Source: Candidatus Niyogibacteria bacterium CG10_big_fil_rev_8_21_14_0_10_46_36 (GTDB lineage: Bacteria > Patescibacteriota > Minisyncoccia > 1-14-0-10-42-19). Taken from it: DNA of 64,000 nucleotides. How positions within the stretch are numbered: position 1 is the first letter of the stretch; each line of letters opens with the position of its first letter. The notes below the pieces were generated by a model that saw nothing but the letters and a program-made list of their open reading frames with translations, ran no database searches and had not been told where the DNA came from. Location of the stretch: assembly GCA_002772995.1 (NCBI GenBank), contig PFCO01000009.1:22876-86875 (forward strand). The letters run 5' to 3'. Both the position numbers and the translations under genes were made by a program. Shown here in pieces: positions 9,172-16,894 of the stretch.

Positions 9172-9906
9172 CTAGCGCACAAGATCACTTACTACATGCC
9201 CAACACCGTATGCGATGAGGGCCGCGATTCCGCCAAAAAAGAGCATCTCAAGACCCGAAACAAACCAACTCCTGCCCGTAAAATACGCGCGCAGCGCTCC
9301 GATAAAAAAGAGCGCACAACCGGTAGCAACAAATGACCAGAAAAATATTGTTGATGAGTCGCCCGAAAGCAAAAAATACGGCAAGAGCGGCAAGATTCCC
9401 GCGCCAATAAAAGAAAAGAATGTCGCAATGCCATGCTTGAGTGCTCCGCGGTGATCGGGCGGGGCAAATCCAAGCTCTTCATACATCATAAGATCTACCC
9501 AGAATTTTTTATTATTTGTTATGAGCGCCGTCAGCCGCTCAAGCTCTTCGCCGGCATATCCTTTGCGCGCGAGTATGACGCGTATTTCTTCAACCTCAGC
9601 TTGAGGGCGGGTTGCTACCTCGCCCTCTTCAACCATACGTTCCCGAAAATAGAGATCTCTGTTTGATTTTGTTGCAAGATAATTTGATGTTGCCATCGAA
9701 AAGGCATCGGCAAGCATGTTCGCAACACCAATAATTATGACGAGCACCGGCGAAAGCGCGGCGCCCGCAACGCTCGCGACAACCGCAAAGGTCGAGACAA
9801 TGCCGTCGTTTGCGCCGAATACTCCGTCTTCAAGAAAAAAACCGAGCGCGGTATGACGGAGACGCTTAAAATTTTTCAGCGATGTGTGCGGTTTTTTCGT
9901 ATGCAT
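9172..9906 (-). CDS. VIT1/CCC1-family iron/manganese transporter
   Basis: GANDGIVSTFAVVASVAGA motif and a C-terminal TM bundle. Confidence 0.75.
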   Translation of the reverse strand: MHTKKPHTSLKNFKRLRHTALGFFLEDGVFGANDGIVSTFAVVASVAGAALSPVLVIIIGVANMLADAFSMATSNYLATKSNRDLYFRERMVEEGEVATRPQAEVEEIRVILARKGYAGEELERLTALITNNKKFWVDLMMYEELGFAPPDHRGALKHGIATFFSFIGAGILPLLPYFLLSGDSSTIFFWSFVATGCALFFIGALRAYFTGRSWFVSGLEMLFFGGIAALIAYGVGHVVSDLVR

Positions 9907-9926
9907 ATACGCTCATAATAACACAA

Positions 9927-9942
9927 CCCCGCGCATGCGGGG
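9927..9942 (-). terminator. GC-rich hairpin downstream of the glutaredoxin gene
   Basis: CCCCGC-GCAT-GCGGGG. The T-tract is weak. It lies only about 20 nt upstream of the VIT start codon. Confidence 0.35.
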
Positions 9943-9960
9943 CTGTGAAGCTCGATGGTT

Positions 9961-10200
9961 TTATGACACGCCAAGTAGTTTAGAAAGCGTTTCTTGGTTG
10001 AAGCCGACAACCAAATTGCCATCTACATCAATAACCGGCACACCCATCTGCCCCGAACGCTCTATCATTTCATTGCGCTTCTCGGCATCAGTAGCAACAT
10101 TGTATTCTGAGTATTGAATATTGTGTTCCTGAAAAAATGCTTTTGCCATTTTGCAGTACTGGCATGAGGGGGTCGTGTAAATAGAAACTTTGTGTTCCAT
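9961..10200 (-). CDS. Glutaredoxin-like protein (NrdH/Grx fold)
   Basis: 79 aa with IYTTPSCQYCKMAKAFF (CxxC) and a ...GVPVIDVDG... motif. Confidence 0.75.
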   Translation of the reverse strand: MEHKVSIYTTPSCQYCKMAKAFFQEHNIQYSEYNVATDAEKRNEMIERSGQMGVPVIDVDGNLVVGFNQETLSKLLGVS

Positions 10201-10366
10201 GGTGGTAATACGTGCCTTTTACCCGGAGGCGCAAGGCGCATTAATGATAATCAGGGAAAATAAAAACCGCTCGCACGGCTTTTTCCTTTTTCTTTTATTG
10301 TATCATACCCGTCAAGAGAACGGGCAATTTATTGATGTGAAAAAGCCATTACGATACAATAGTCCT

Positions 10367-11332
10367 ATGACAAAAGAATCCCGACACATGCCCGAAAAAC
10401 CGCCTCACTACGAAGCGTATTCGGCATACGAAGCGGCGGATATCATTATTCGTACCGAAGAAAAACGGCTCCCTCGGCCGGACATGCATGCGTTCCGAGA
10501 AATAGCAGGAGAGGAAGATATCCGCAAAAAAGAAGAGCGGCTGCAAAAAACCCTCGAGCGTATCCGGCAGGATGAAGAACGACTTGACCCCATCCTGCGC
10601 AAACGGAGCTTTGAACAGAAAAAAATCAGTGACGCGTTTGAAGTAACGATTATTGCCCACGGAGAAGAAAGCGAATGGCTCGGATCAAATGTATTCATAA
10701 CAAGAACAACAGAATATGATGATGTACTAAACGGCGTTGATGCGGTGGCAGAGTTTAACGCTCCGCATGAGGGAGCCGAACACCCTCGCCTTGCGCTTGC
10801 AATAGACGCAACTACTGACCAACACTATACGACTATAGAGAAAAAAATAAAACAGAATGTAGAAAAAATACTCTCCCTAAAAGGAAGGACTGCGGAGGTT
10901 GAATACTTTGAATCCCAAATCACTGAAGAACGCGGTCATCTTACGCATACCGTTCCTATCGTACTTGGCCTTGAGTACCGACACGCAAAAGAGATACTTA
11001 CCGACTACGCAAACCTTATCGCGTTCCGGGAACTCGGCCGTGATGCGCACAAAGATGATATCCATGCGATACGCGAACGTTTTGCGCGGCACCCCGCACA
11101 ACGCGTATTCCTGAAAGAAGCGACAGCGCAACTTGAGCTCTATCAGCACATACTCAAAGAAAAAAACGACCCGGTAAGCGTGTCGTATAAAGAAAAGATA
11201 AGCGACCTGCAGCGGATCATACATGATATCGAAAAAGAGAAAGAAGAAATATCTCTGGAAGATCTGGAGGATGACGCGGTGCTCGAAACTATTATCCAAG
11301 CGTCTCCCCATATACAAAAAGACTACTCATAG
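10367..11332 (+). CDS. Hypothetical protein; Glu/Lys/Arg-rich, predicted largely helical
   Basis: Long ORF with a coding look but no recognisable domain. Start chosen at MTKESRHM; MPEKPP 21 nt downstream is an alternative. Confidence 0.5.
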   Translation: MTKESRHMPEKPPHYEAYSAYEAADIIIRTEEKRLPRPDMHAFREIAGEEDIRKKEERLQKTLERIRQDEERLDPILRKRSFEQKKISDAFEVTIIAHGEESEWLGSNVFITRTTEYDDVLNGVDAVAEFNAPHEGAEHPRLALAIDATTDQHYTTIEKKIKQNVEKILSLKGRTAEVEYFESQITEERGHLTHTVPIVLGLEYRHAKEILTDYANLIAFRELGRDAHKDDIHAIRERFARHPAQRVFLKEATAQLELYQHILKEKNDPVSVSYKEKISDLQRIIHDIEKEKEEISLEDLEDDAVLETIIQASPHIQKDYS

Positions 11333-11349
11333 CTATGAGTAGTCTTTTT
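11316..11349. terminator. Perfect 34-bp palindrome acting as a bidirectional terminator; it contains both convergent stop codons
   Basis: AAAAAGACTACTCATAG|CTATGAGTAGTCTTTTT. The TAG of the plus gene and the TAG of the minus micro-ORF sit at its centre. Confidence 0.75.
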
Positions 11350-11479
11350 CGATTTTTCTCTCAAGCACTTTTCCCTTTACGCGCTTTTCTTTTTCTTTCT
11401 GTTTCTTGGACTTCATCGGTCCGCCTGCTGGCGGTATCGGTTTTCGTATTGATTGGTATATGGTTTTCTTTTTTTTCAT
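11333..11479 (-). CDS. Lys-rich 48-aa micro-protein encoded just downstream of sigA
   Basis: GGAGGGG lies 7 nt upstream of the ATG. Sequence is MKKKKTIYQSIRKPIPPAGGPMKSKKQKEKEKRVKGKVLERKIEKDYS. It starts 23 nt after the sigA stop. Confidence 0.45.
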   Translation of the reverse strand: MKKKKTIYQSIRKPIPPAGGPMKSKKQKEKEKRVKGKVLERKIEKDYS

Positions 11480-11501
11480 GGCGTTTCCCCTCCGCACATT
11501 G

Positions 11502-12740
11502 TTAATATCCCAACAATTTGTTTGCTTTATCATGCGTGCGTATTTTTTCGAGCGCCTTAGCTTCGATCTGGCGGATACGCTCGCGCGTAACACCGAACTC
11601 TTTTCCTACCTCCTCAAGTGTGTGAGTCACGCCATCTTCAAGGCCGAACCGCAACGATAAGATCTTTTGCTCCCGCGGAGTAAGGTCAACGATTATTTCA
11701 CGGAGCTGTTCGCGCAACAGCACCCGCGCGGCTTCCTGTGAGGGAGAAAGGGTTTTGGTGTCCTCAATAAACTCCCCGAGCACCGAATCTTCTTCATCGT
11801 CTCCGACTGGCGCCTCAAGAGAGGCTGTATCCTGTGAAATTTTTTGGATATGAAGCACTTTTTCCGGCTCCATCTCCATTTCTGACGCTATCTCATCAAT
11901 AAGCGGTTCGCGTCCCAATTCCTGCGTAAGCCGGCGGAGCGCTTGCTGGTATTTTGAAATAGTCTCTACCATATGGACTGGAATACGAATGGTCCGCGAC
12001 TGGTCTGCAAGCGCGCGGGTCACCGCCTGCCTGATCCACCATGTCGCATATGTTGAAAATTTAAATCCTTTTGTATAATCAAATTTTTCTACCGCGCGCC
12101 GAAGCCCGATATTGCCTTCTTGCACCAAATCCATAAGCGTAAGGTTGGGGCTCCGCCCGACATACCGCTTTGCAATGGAGACTACGAGACGGAGGTTCGC
12201 CTCCATCAACCGGTTTGATGCGTCCTTATCGCCCGCCTCAATGCGCCGCGCAAGTTCTTTTTCTTCTTCGGAATTCAATAATGGGATTTTTCCTATCTCG
12301 CGCAAGTACATTTGCACCGAATCTGATGCTGGAGTCTCCGAAAGAGTTTTGCCTTTTTTCTTCCGTGATTTTCCCTCTTCAACATCTAAAAATTCTTTTC
12401 CCTCAAGCACATCGATGCCAACTTCTTGGAAGCGGTTGTACAAGTCGTCTAAAAAGAAAATGTTCTGTTCAATGTGCGGAAATATGGAGAGTATCTCGCT
12501 GTATGTCACAAAACCACGCATGCGTCCGCGCTTCATAAGATCATCTACCTTCTCTTCGGAAAACTCTTCTTTTTTGTTTATGCGCTGGGCTTTTGCCTGC
12601 TTTGCCGGTTTTGCTTTTTTGCCTTTCGTTGCCGCCGTTTTCTTTTTCGGTGCACGCTTTTTAGAAACGCCCTTTTTTGCCGTTTTTTTCGGGGTTTTCT
12701 TTTTTTTGCTTGTTTTTTTTGCTGATTTTTTCACTGTCAT
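11502..12740 (-). CDS. sigA: Primary RNA polymerase sigma factor (sigma-70, RpoD/SigA) with a Lys/Ala/Pro-rich N-terminal tail of about 55 aa
   Basis: Regions 1.2, 2 to 4 are present: ...[14 protein letters not shown]..., helix-turn-helix 4.2 ...[19 protein letters not shown]-terminus is [19 protein letters not shown].... Confidence 0.9.
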   Translation of the reverse strand: MTVKKSAKKTSKKKKTPKKTAKKGVSKKRAPKKKTAATKGKKAKPAKQAKAQRINKKEEFSEEKVDDLMKRGRMRGFVTYSEILSIFPHIEQNIFFLDDLYNRFQEVGIDVLEGKEFLDVEEGKSRKKKGKTLSETPASDSVQMYLREIGKIPLLNSEEEKELARRIEAGDKDASNRLMEANLRLVVSIAKRYVGRSPNLTLMDLVQEGNIGLRRAVEKFDYTKGFKFSTYATWWIRQAVTRALADQSRTIRIPVHMVETISKYQQALRRLTQELGREPLIDEIASEMEMEPEKVLHIQKISQDTASLEAPVGDDEEDSVLGEFIEDTKTLSPSQEAARVLLREQLREIIVDLTPREQKILSLRFGLEDGVTHTLEEVGKEFGVTRERIRQIEAKALEKIRTHDKANKLLGY

Positions 12741-12809
12741 ATAGGGAACACTATAATTGCTCGTATCTCATACGATACTGAAAAAGCGGCCGTTTGGCAA
12801 CCGCAAAGA

Positions 12810-14525
12810 CTATTCTTCGTGGAGCTCCTGCGAGAGACGCTTAAACTCTTCCATTTTCTTTTCAAGTAGGCCCACATCACCCTGTCCCTCCGCGCGCCGC
12901 ATATCGCTTGCTAATGTTTCGAGTTCGGCGCGTATGTGCTCCTTTTTAAGCCCGCTAGTAAGCTCCTCGAACTCTGCGTGAGCCTGCAAGTCATCTTCGT
13001 ACGCAAGCTCCGCTTCTAACGCGAGTTTTTTTATATAATGAGAACTCTGTGCCTCTTTCCCCGCAAGCGCGTGCTCCGCAAACTCCCGTCGTTCGGATGA
13101 AAACCATCCGGCATTCAGCTTTTCAAGTGTTGCTTGCGGCATGTCCTTTTTCCACGCAAGAATGCCGAGTATCCGCTCTTCAATAGAATCTTTGCGCGAT
13201 GACGCGCGCCGCTCCGGCTCCTTGAGCTGCTTCGGAGCAGCATCTGTGGTGCGGGGCGTCTTGTCCATTTCTTTCCACACCGCATCTTCCGCAAGCGAAA
13301 GCCGCCGGGCAATATCCTTCACCCAATAGGCCCGCTCCATCTCGCTTTCCATAGAAACAATATACGGGAGCACTCGCTCCTTCACGGTACGCAATAACGC
13401 CCGTCCGTCCTTTTCTTGCTCGGAAAATGCATCCATAAGAAATGCAATAAATGGAATGGGGTGCTGTATGCTTTCTCTCCACGCGTCAGCCGATTCTTTG
13501 ACGATATCCGCAGGATCCTTCCCCGGAGGAAGCGAGATAACGCTTACATCAAAGCCTTCCGCAAGCGCATGCTTAATGCTCCGGTCAGCGGCATTGAGCC
13601 CCGCCGCGTCGCGGTCAAATGACACTAACAGTGATTGCGCAAACCGCTTGAGCGTTGCCAAATGAAATTGCGTAAGCGCTGTTCCCGATACGGCAATTGC
13701 GTGCTCGACTCCCGCTTGGTGTGAAAGAACCGCGTCCATCTGCCCCTCAACAAGAATCGCTTTTTCCTCTTTCCGTATCGCGTCTTTGGCGTGGCTTAAT
13801 CCATACAGCACTTTTGATTTATCGTAGAGTATCGTTTGCGGGCTATTGATGTACTTTGAATCAGCGTCCTTCTGCCCCTCCGCGTCTTTATCAAAAATGC
13901 GTCCCGAAAAACCGACAATGCGCCCCGAGCCGTCAAAAAGAGGGAACATAATGCGTGCGCGAAATCTGTCAAAATGCCCGCCGCCGTCTTTTTTTACCGC
14001 AAGCCCAACTTTTTCTATTTCGTCTTCGCGGTATCCTTTTCTCTTCAAATAATCACAAAGGGTATTCCATTCGCGTTCGGCATATCCTATCCGGAACCGT
14101 TTCGCGGTCTCGCCGGTGAGCCCACGTCCCTTGAGATAGTCGCCCACATCTTTTCGACGTACAAGATTTGATTCGTAAAAACGCGCGGCATCATCCACGA
14201 GCGAGAGCAGGCGCGTGCGTTCAGAACGCGCGCGGGGGTCTTCGCGTTTAAGTTCCACGCCCGCGCGTTCGGCAAGAATACGGAGCGCTTCGGGGAACTC
14301 AACGCCCTCTAAGTCCTGTATAAATTGAAAGTGATCTCCTCCCTTACTGCACGAAAAACAATGCCACATCTGCTTTGCGGGAGACACGAAAAAAGAAGGG
14401 GTCTTTTCGCTGTGGAACGGGCAAAGCGCTTTAAAATTTGCGCCTGCCTTATCAAGTTTTACATACGAACGGACGAGCTCAACAATATCCAATCGCTCTT
14501 TGATTTGTTCTACAGGAGACGACAT
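12810..14525 (-). CDS. dnaG: DNA primase
   Basis: CHC2 zinc finger (CPFHSEKTPSFFV...WHCFSC), Toprim (EGQMD...DRDAAG). It lies immediately upstream of sigA. Confidence 0.9.
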   Translation of the reverse strand: MSSPVEQIKERLDIVELVRSYVKLDKAGANFKALCPFHSEKTPSFFVSPAKQMWHCFSCSKGGDHFQFIQDLEGVEFPEALRILAERAGVELKREDPRARSERTRLLSLVDDAARFYESNLVRRKDVGDYLKGRGLTGETAKRFRIGYAEREWNTLCDYLKRKGYREDEIEKVGLAVKKDGGGHFDRFRARIMFPLFDGSGRIVGFSGRIFDKDAEGQKDADSKYINSPQTILYDKSKVLYGLSHAKDAIRKEEKAILVEGQMDAVLSHQAGVEHAIAVSGTALTQFHLATLKRFAQSLLVSFDRDAAGLNAADRSIKHALAEGFDVSVISLPPGKDPADIVKESADAWRESIQHPIPFIAFLMDAFSEQEKDGRALLRTVKERVLPYIVSMESEMERAYWVKDIARRLSLAEDAVWKEMDKTPRTTDAAPKQLKEPERRASSRKDSIEERILGILAWKKDMPQATLEKLNAGWFSSERREFAEHALAGKEAQSSHYIKKLALEAELAYEDDLQAHAEFEELTSGLKKEHIRAELETLASDMRRAEGQGDVGLLEKKMEEFKRLSQELHEE

Positions 14526-14536
14526 AAAGATACTCT

Positions 14537-14565
14537 AATATACCTCATTATCATAGCATATTCAA
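14537..14565 (-). promoter_or_regulatory. Putative promoter of the dnaG-sigA operon
   Basis: On the minus strand: TTGAAT-N17-TATATT, 11 nt before the dnaG ATG. Confidence 0.45.
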
Positions 14566-14581
14566 AGGCAGGCACCCTCCA

Positions 14582-14610
14582 TTGAAATAACGGGACAGCA
14601 CTGATACAAT
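14582..14610 (+). promoter_or_regulatory. Putative promoter of the 14657 orphan gene
   Basis: TTGAAA-N17-TACAAT. A GGAGGAGG Shine-Dalgarno sequence sits 6 nt before the ATG. Confidence 0.55.
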
Positions 14611-14656
14611 ACCCCCGACACTGAACCTTATCATCACAATATTACGGAGGAGGCAT

Positions 14657-15697
14657 ATGGAATTTGAAGGCATGCCGAGAAGTTTTTGGGATAACAAAAT
14701 GCGCACCATGCAGGTATCGGGTTATTTTTTAAGCACGCTCCTGCAAGAGCTTGGCTCTATCTTTATGGGCGCGCATTATCTGTGGCACCCATGGGGCAAA
14801 CAGCGCGCGCAAGAATTAAGCGCCATTGGTTACCGCCTTATAGACAAAGCCGAACAAAAGCGCATACAAGGGTGGGGATGGGCAGGCAATGATACGGGAT
14901 TCGGAAACGGTGTCGGCTCAACGCTTGTTGATCATAGATACAAACGCTACTACGGCAGGGGGCATAAGGAAGAATTAACACCTCACCCGGAAGCGGTGCC
15001 CTGTATGATAGCGTTTGCGGTTGAATTCATTCTGCATACGCTCCCGCTTTTTAAACATCTGGAAAACAAATACTACCAGCTACGCAATCATTGGGTGCCC
15101 GAACTCGAAAAAATAATAGAAGACATGATGGAATCTCCCTGCATAGGAAATGACCCGATAGCGATACCAAAACTAGATGTAGCGTACAAATCACTTGAGC
15201 ATCGTGCATTTATGCATGAATGCGAGATATTAGCGCTTACACAAGCATCCATAGAAGAAAGTTTTCACAGAGAAAACAAAACGACAAAGCACAAAAAGAC
15301 GCGCCTCACCCAAAAACAGATACAGGCACTCCTAGAGAGCATTGGCTGGGGTGATGATATGTTGAATGTGTTAAAACATATCCTTGCAGAACAGGAGTCT
15401 CCATGGCGCGGCATTGCAACCCTGTTCGAAGAACAAGCGAAAGAAGACAAAGAAACAATCTTGTGTATTTTGTCTTCGGAGAGCAACATACAAGACATCA
15501 TACGCACCGCGTGGTACCCAGGGATGACTACAAAAGAAAATCTACATGCGTTCCCCTGCTATTCAAAAGACACGCTACGCAAAACAGAAACACTCACCAA
15601 AGGACTTACGCGGGCATTGACCTGTTCGCGGTTTGAATGGATGAATGACCTCAGAGAAAACCAAAGCGAGCAAAAAGCAATCGCCTCCGAAACATAA
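14657..15697 (+). CDS. Hypothetical 346-aa protein with no recognisable domain
   Basis: Stand-alone unit with its own promoter, a strong Shine-Dalgarno sequence and a terminator. Contains a Trp/Gly-rich stretch: WHPWGKQ...GWGWAGNDTGFGNGVG. Confidence 0.6.
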   Translation: MEFEGMPRSFWDNKMRTMQVSGYFLSTLLQELGSIFMGAHYLWHPWGKQRAQELSAIGYRLIDKAEQKRIQGWGWAGNDTGFGNGVGSTLVDHRYKRYYGRGHKEELTPHPEAVPCMIAFAVEFILHTLPLFKHLENKYYQLRNHWVPELEKIIEDMMESPCIGNDPIAIPKLDVAYKSLEHRAFMHECEILALTQASIEESFHRENKTTKHKKTRLTQKQIQALLESIGWGDDMLNVLKHILAEQESPWRGIATLFEEQAKEDKETILCILSSESNIQDIIRTAWYPGMTTKENLHAFPCYSKDTLRKTETLTKGLTRALTCSRFEWMNDLRENQSEQKAIASET

Positions 15698-15699
15698 AC

Positions 15700-15733
15700 A
15701 AAAACCCCGGCACGAGTGTGCCGGGGTTTTCTC
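15700..15733. terminator. Bidirectional rho-independent terminator
   Basis: CCCCGGCAC-GAGT-GTGCCGGGG followed by TTTTCTCT, with AAAA on the other side. Confidence 0.75.
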
Positions 15734-15744
15734 TACCAATCAAA

Positions 15745-15996
15745 TTATGAAAGATGCTGAGAAACCAGCTTGGTCATTTCGAACATGTTCACCGTGCCTT
15801 TGCCGCCGAAGACCTTCTTCAGCTTATCATCAGCATTGATGTTTCGCTTGTTCGCGGGGTCCTGAAGGTTGTGTTTTTTGATATATTCCCACAACTTCTT
15901 TACGACCTCTGACCGTGGCATGGGTCCTGCGCCGACCACCTCCTCCAAATCGGAGCTAAGGTTCATCGGCTTCATAAATGCGGAGTTTTTCGCCAT
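15745..15996 (-). CDS. SWIB/MDM2-domain protein (BAF60b-like)
   Basis: ...PMPRSEVVKKLWEYIKKHNLQDPANKRNINADDKLKKVFGGKGTVNMFEMTKLVSQHLS matches the SWIB domain consensus closely. Confidence 0.75.
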   Translation of the reverse strand: MAKNSAFMKPMNLSSDLEEVVGAGPMPRSEVVKKLWEYIKKHNLQDPANKRNINADDKLKKVFGGKGTVNMFEMTKLVSQHLS

Positions 15997-16166
15997 ATGT
16001 ATTGTTATTAATTGGTAATACTTATAACGCTTTTCATTATAACAGAATGCAGGGAAGTATCAATCTGCAAACTACCTCGGGCTGAAACCGTGGAGAGTTT
16101 TGCCCTGTAAGGTTGTTTTTAGTTTTTTGGTAGAGCAATTTAAGGTTCTAACAGCGCATTTATTGT

Positions 16167-16679
16167 TTATACCTTTGTTCGCTCCTCATGTTGGTTAATC
16201 CGCCGTGCGAGGTCAACGGGATCAAAACGTCCTTTATTCTCTAAACGCAACAGCGGCACGCCAGCATCACTCAAAATATGTTCCACTTCTTTATCGCGCT
16301 CTTGTCGGTCGGGTCGTTCGTGACTCCTGTCGTCCAGCTCAATGGCGAGCTTCGGCGAGATATATGCCTTATCGCAGAGTACGAAGTCAACGGATTTGCG
16401 GTTGATGTGGGCGAATGCCGCACGCCAATTCTGTCCCTTCACTTTATTGTCTAGAATGGTTGGAAGATGCACCTGTGCAAAGATGTAATACTTACTGCCT
16501 ACGGCTGCAATGAGCGCGTCGTAGCATTCGTGTTCAGCGCGGGTTAGGAAAAACTGCTTGCGGGTATAGCGATACTTGGGTTTCTCTTTTTCATTATCAC
16601 CACCTTCAACAATCGTTTTGAGAAAAACGAGCACAACGACAAAAGCGACAATGATTCCTATGATGATGTAGATGCTCAT
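16167..16679 (-). CDS. Membrane-anchored DUF2726-like (NERD/restriction-endonuclease-fold-like) protein
   Basis: N-terminal TM helix, then ...CYDALIAAVGSKYYIFAQVHL...SVDFVLCDKAYISPKLAIELDDRSHERP..., a DUF2726-type core. Confidence 0.55.
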   Translation of the reverse strand: MSIYIIIGIIVAFVVVLVFLKTIVEGGDNEKEKPKYRYTRKQFFLTRAEHECYDALIAAVGSKYYIFAQVHLPTILDNKVKGQNWRAAFAHINRKSVDFVLCDKAYISPKLAIELDDRSHERPDRQERDKEVEHILSDAGVPLLRLENKGRFDPVDLARRINQHEERTKV

Positions 16680-16727
16680 AAATTATACTTAGCAAAAAAC
16701 AAACTTCCTCGTGCTAGCTGTTAGATG

Positions 16728-16812
16728 CGGAGAGGGAGGGATTCGAACCCTCGATACCTTGCGGTATACCCGCTTTCCAAGCGAGCGCACTCGGCCACTA
16801 TGCGACCTCTCC
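16728..16812 (-). tRNA. tRNA-Ser (anticodon GGA), type II with a long variable arm
   Basis: GGAGAGG acceptor, D-arm GTGGCCGAG, anticodon loop TTGGAAA, variable arm about 16 nt, T-arm GAGGGTTCGAATCCCTC. Confidence 0.8.
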
Positions 16813-16854
16813 AAGGCATTAAAATAAAAAGAGAATGATAATCATCTCTATTAT

Positions 16855-16890
16855 ATAAAAAAATTCCCGCATGTCTATCCATGCGGGAAT
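16855..16890 (-). terminator. Terminator after the metallophosphoesterase gene
   Basis: ATTCCCGCATG-TCTATC-CATGCGGGAAT with a T-run on the minus strand. Confidence 0.7.
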
Positions 16891-16894
16891 TATA

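Noticed and set aside
10201-10366. The first 59 codons of track ORF 10190-11332 (MCSMVVIRAF...) and a weak hairpin at 10261-10290.
   Set aside because: This N-terminal extension overlaps the glutaredoxin gene on the other strand and looks non-coding (FFLFLLLYH). The start was moved to 10367. The hairpin has only a 3-4-bp stem.
12112-12744. Long ORFs antisense to sigA (12112-12744 +, 12170-12538 +, 12474-12725 +), to groEL (21978-22385, 22467-22925, 23031-23462 +), to uvrA (26520-27119, 26657-27076 +), to valS (52859-53125 - and others), to dnaG, metK, recJ (43790-44569 +), pilM and the PilX-like gene.
   Set aside because: Each lies entirely inside a much longer, confidently assigned gene on the opposite strand and shows low-complexity Ser/Arg/Ala-rich or Phe/Leu-rich translations typical of antisense frames. 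No Shine-Dalgarno sequence or promoter.
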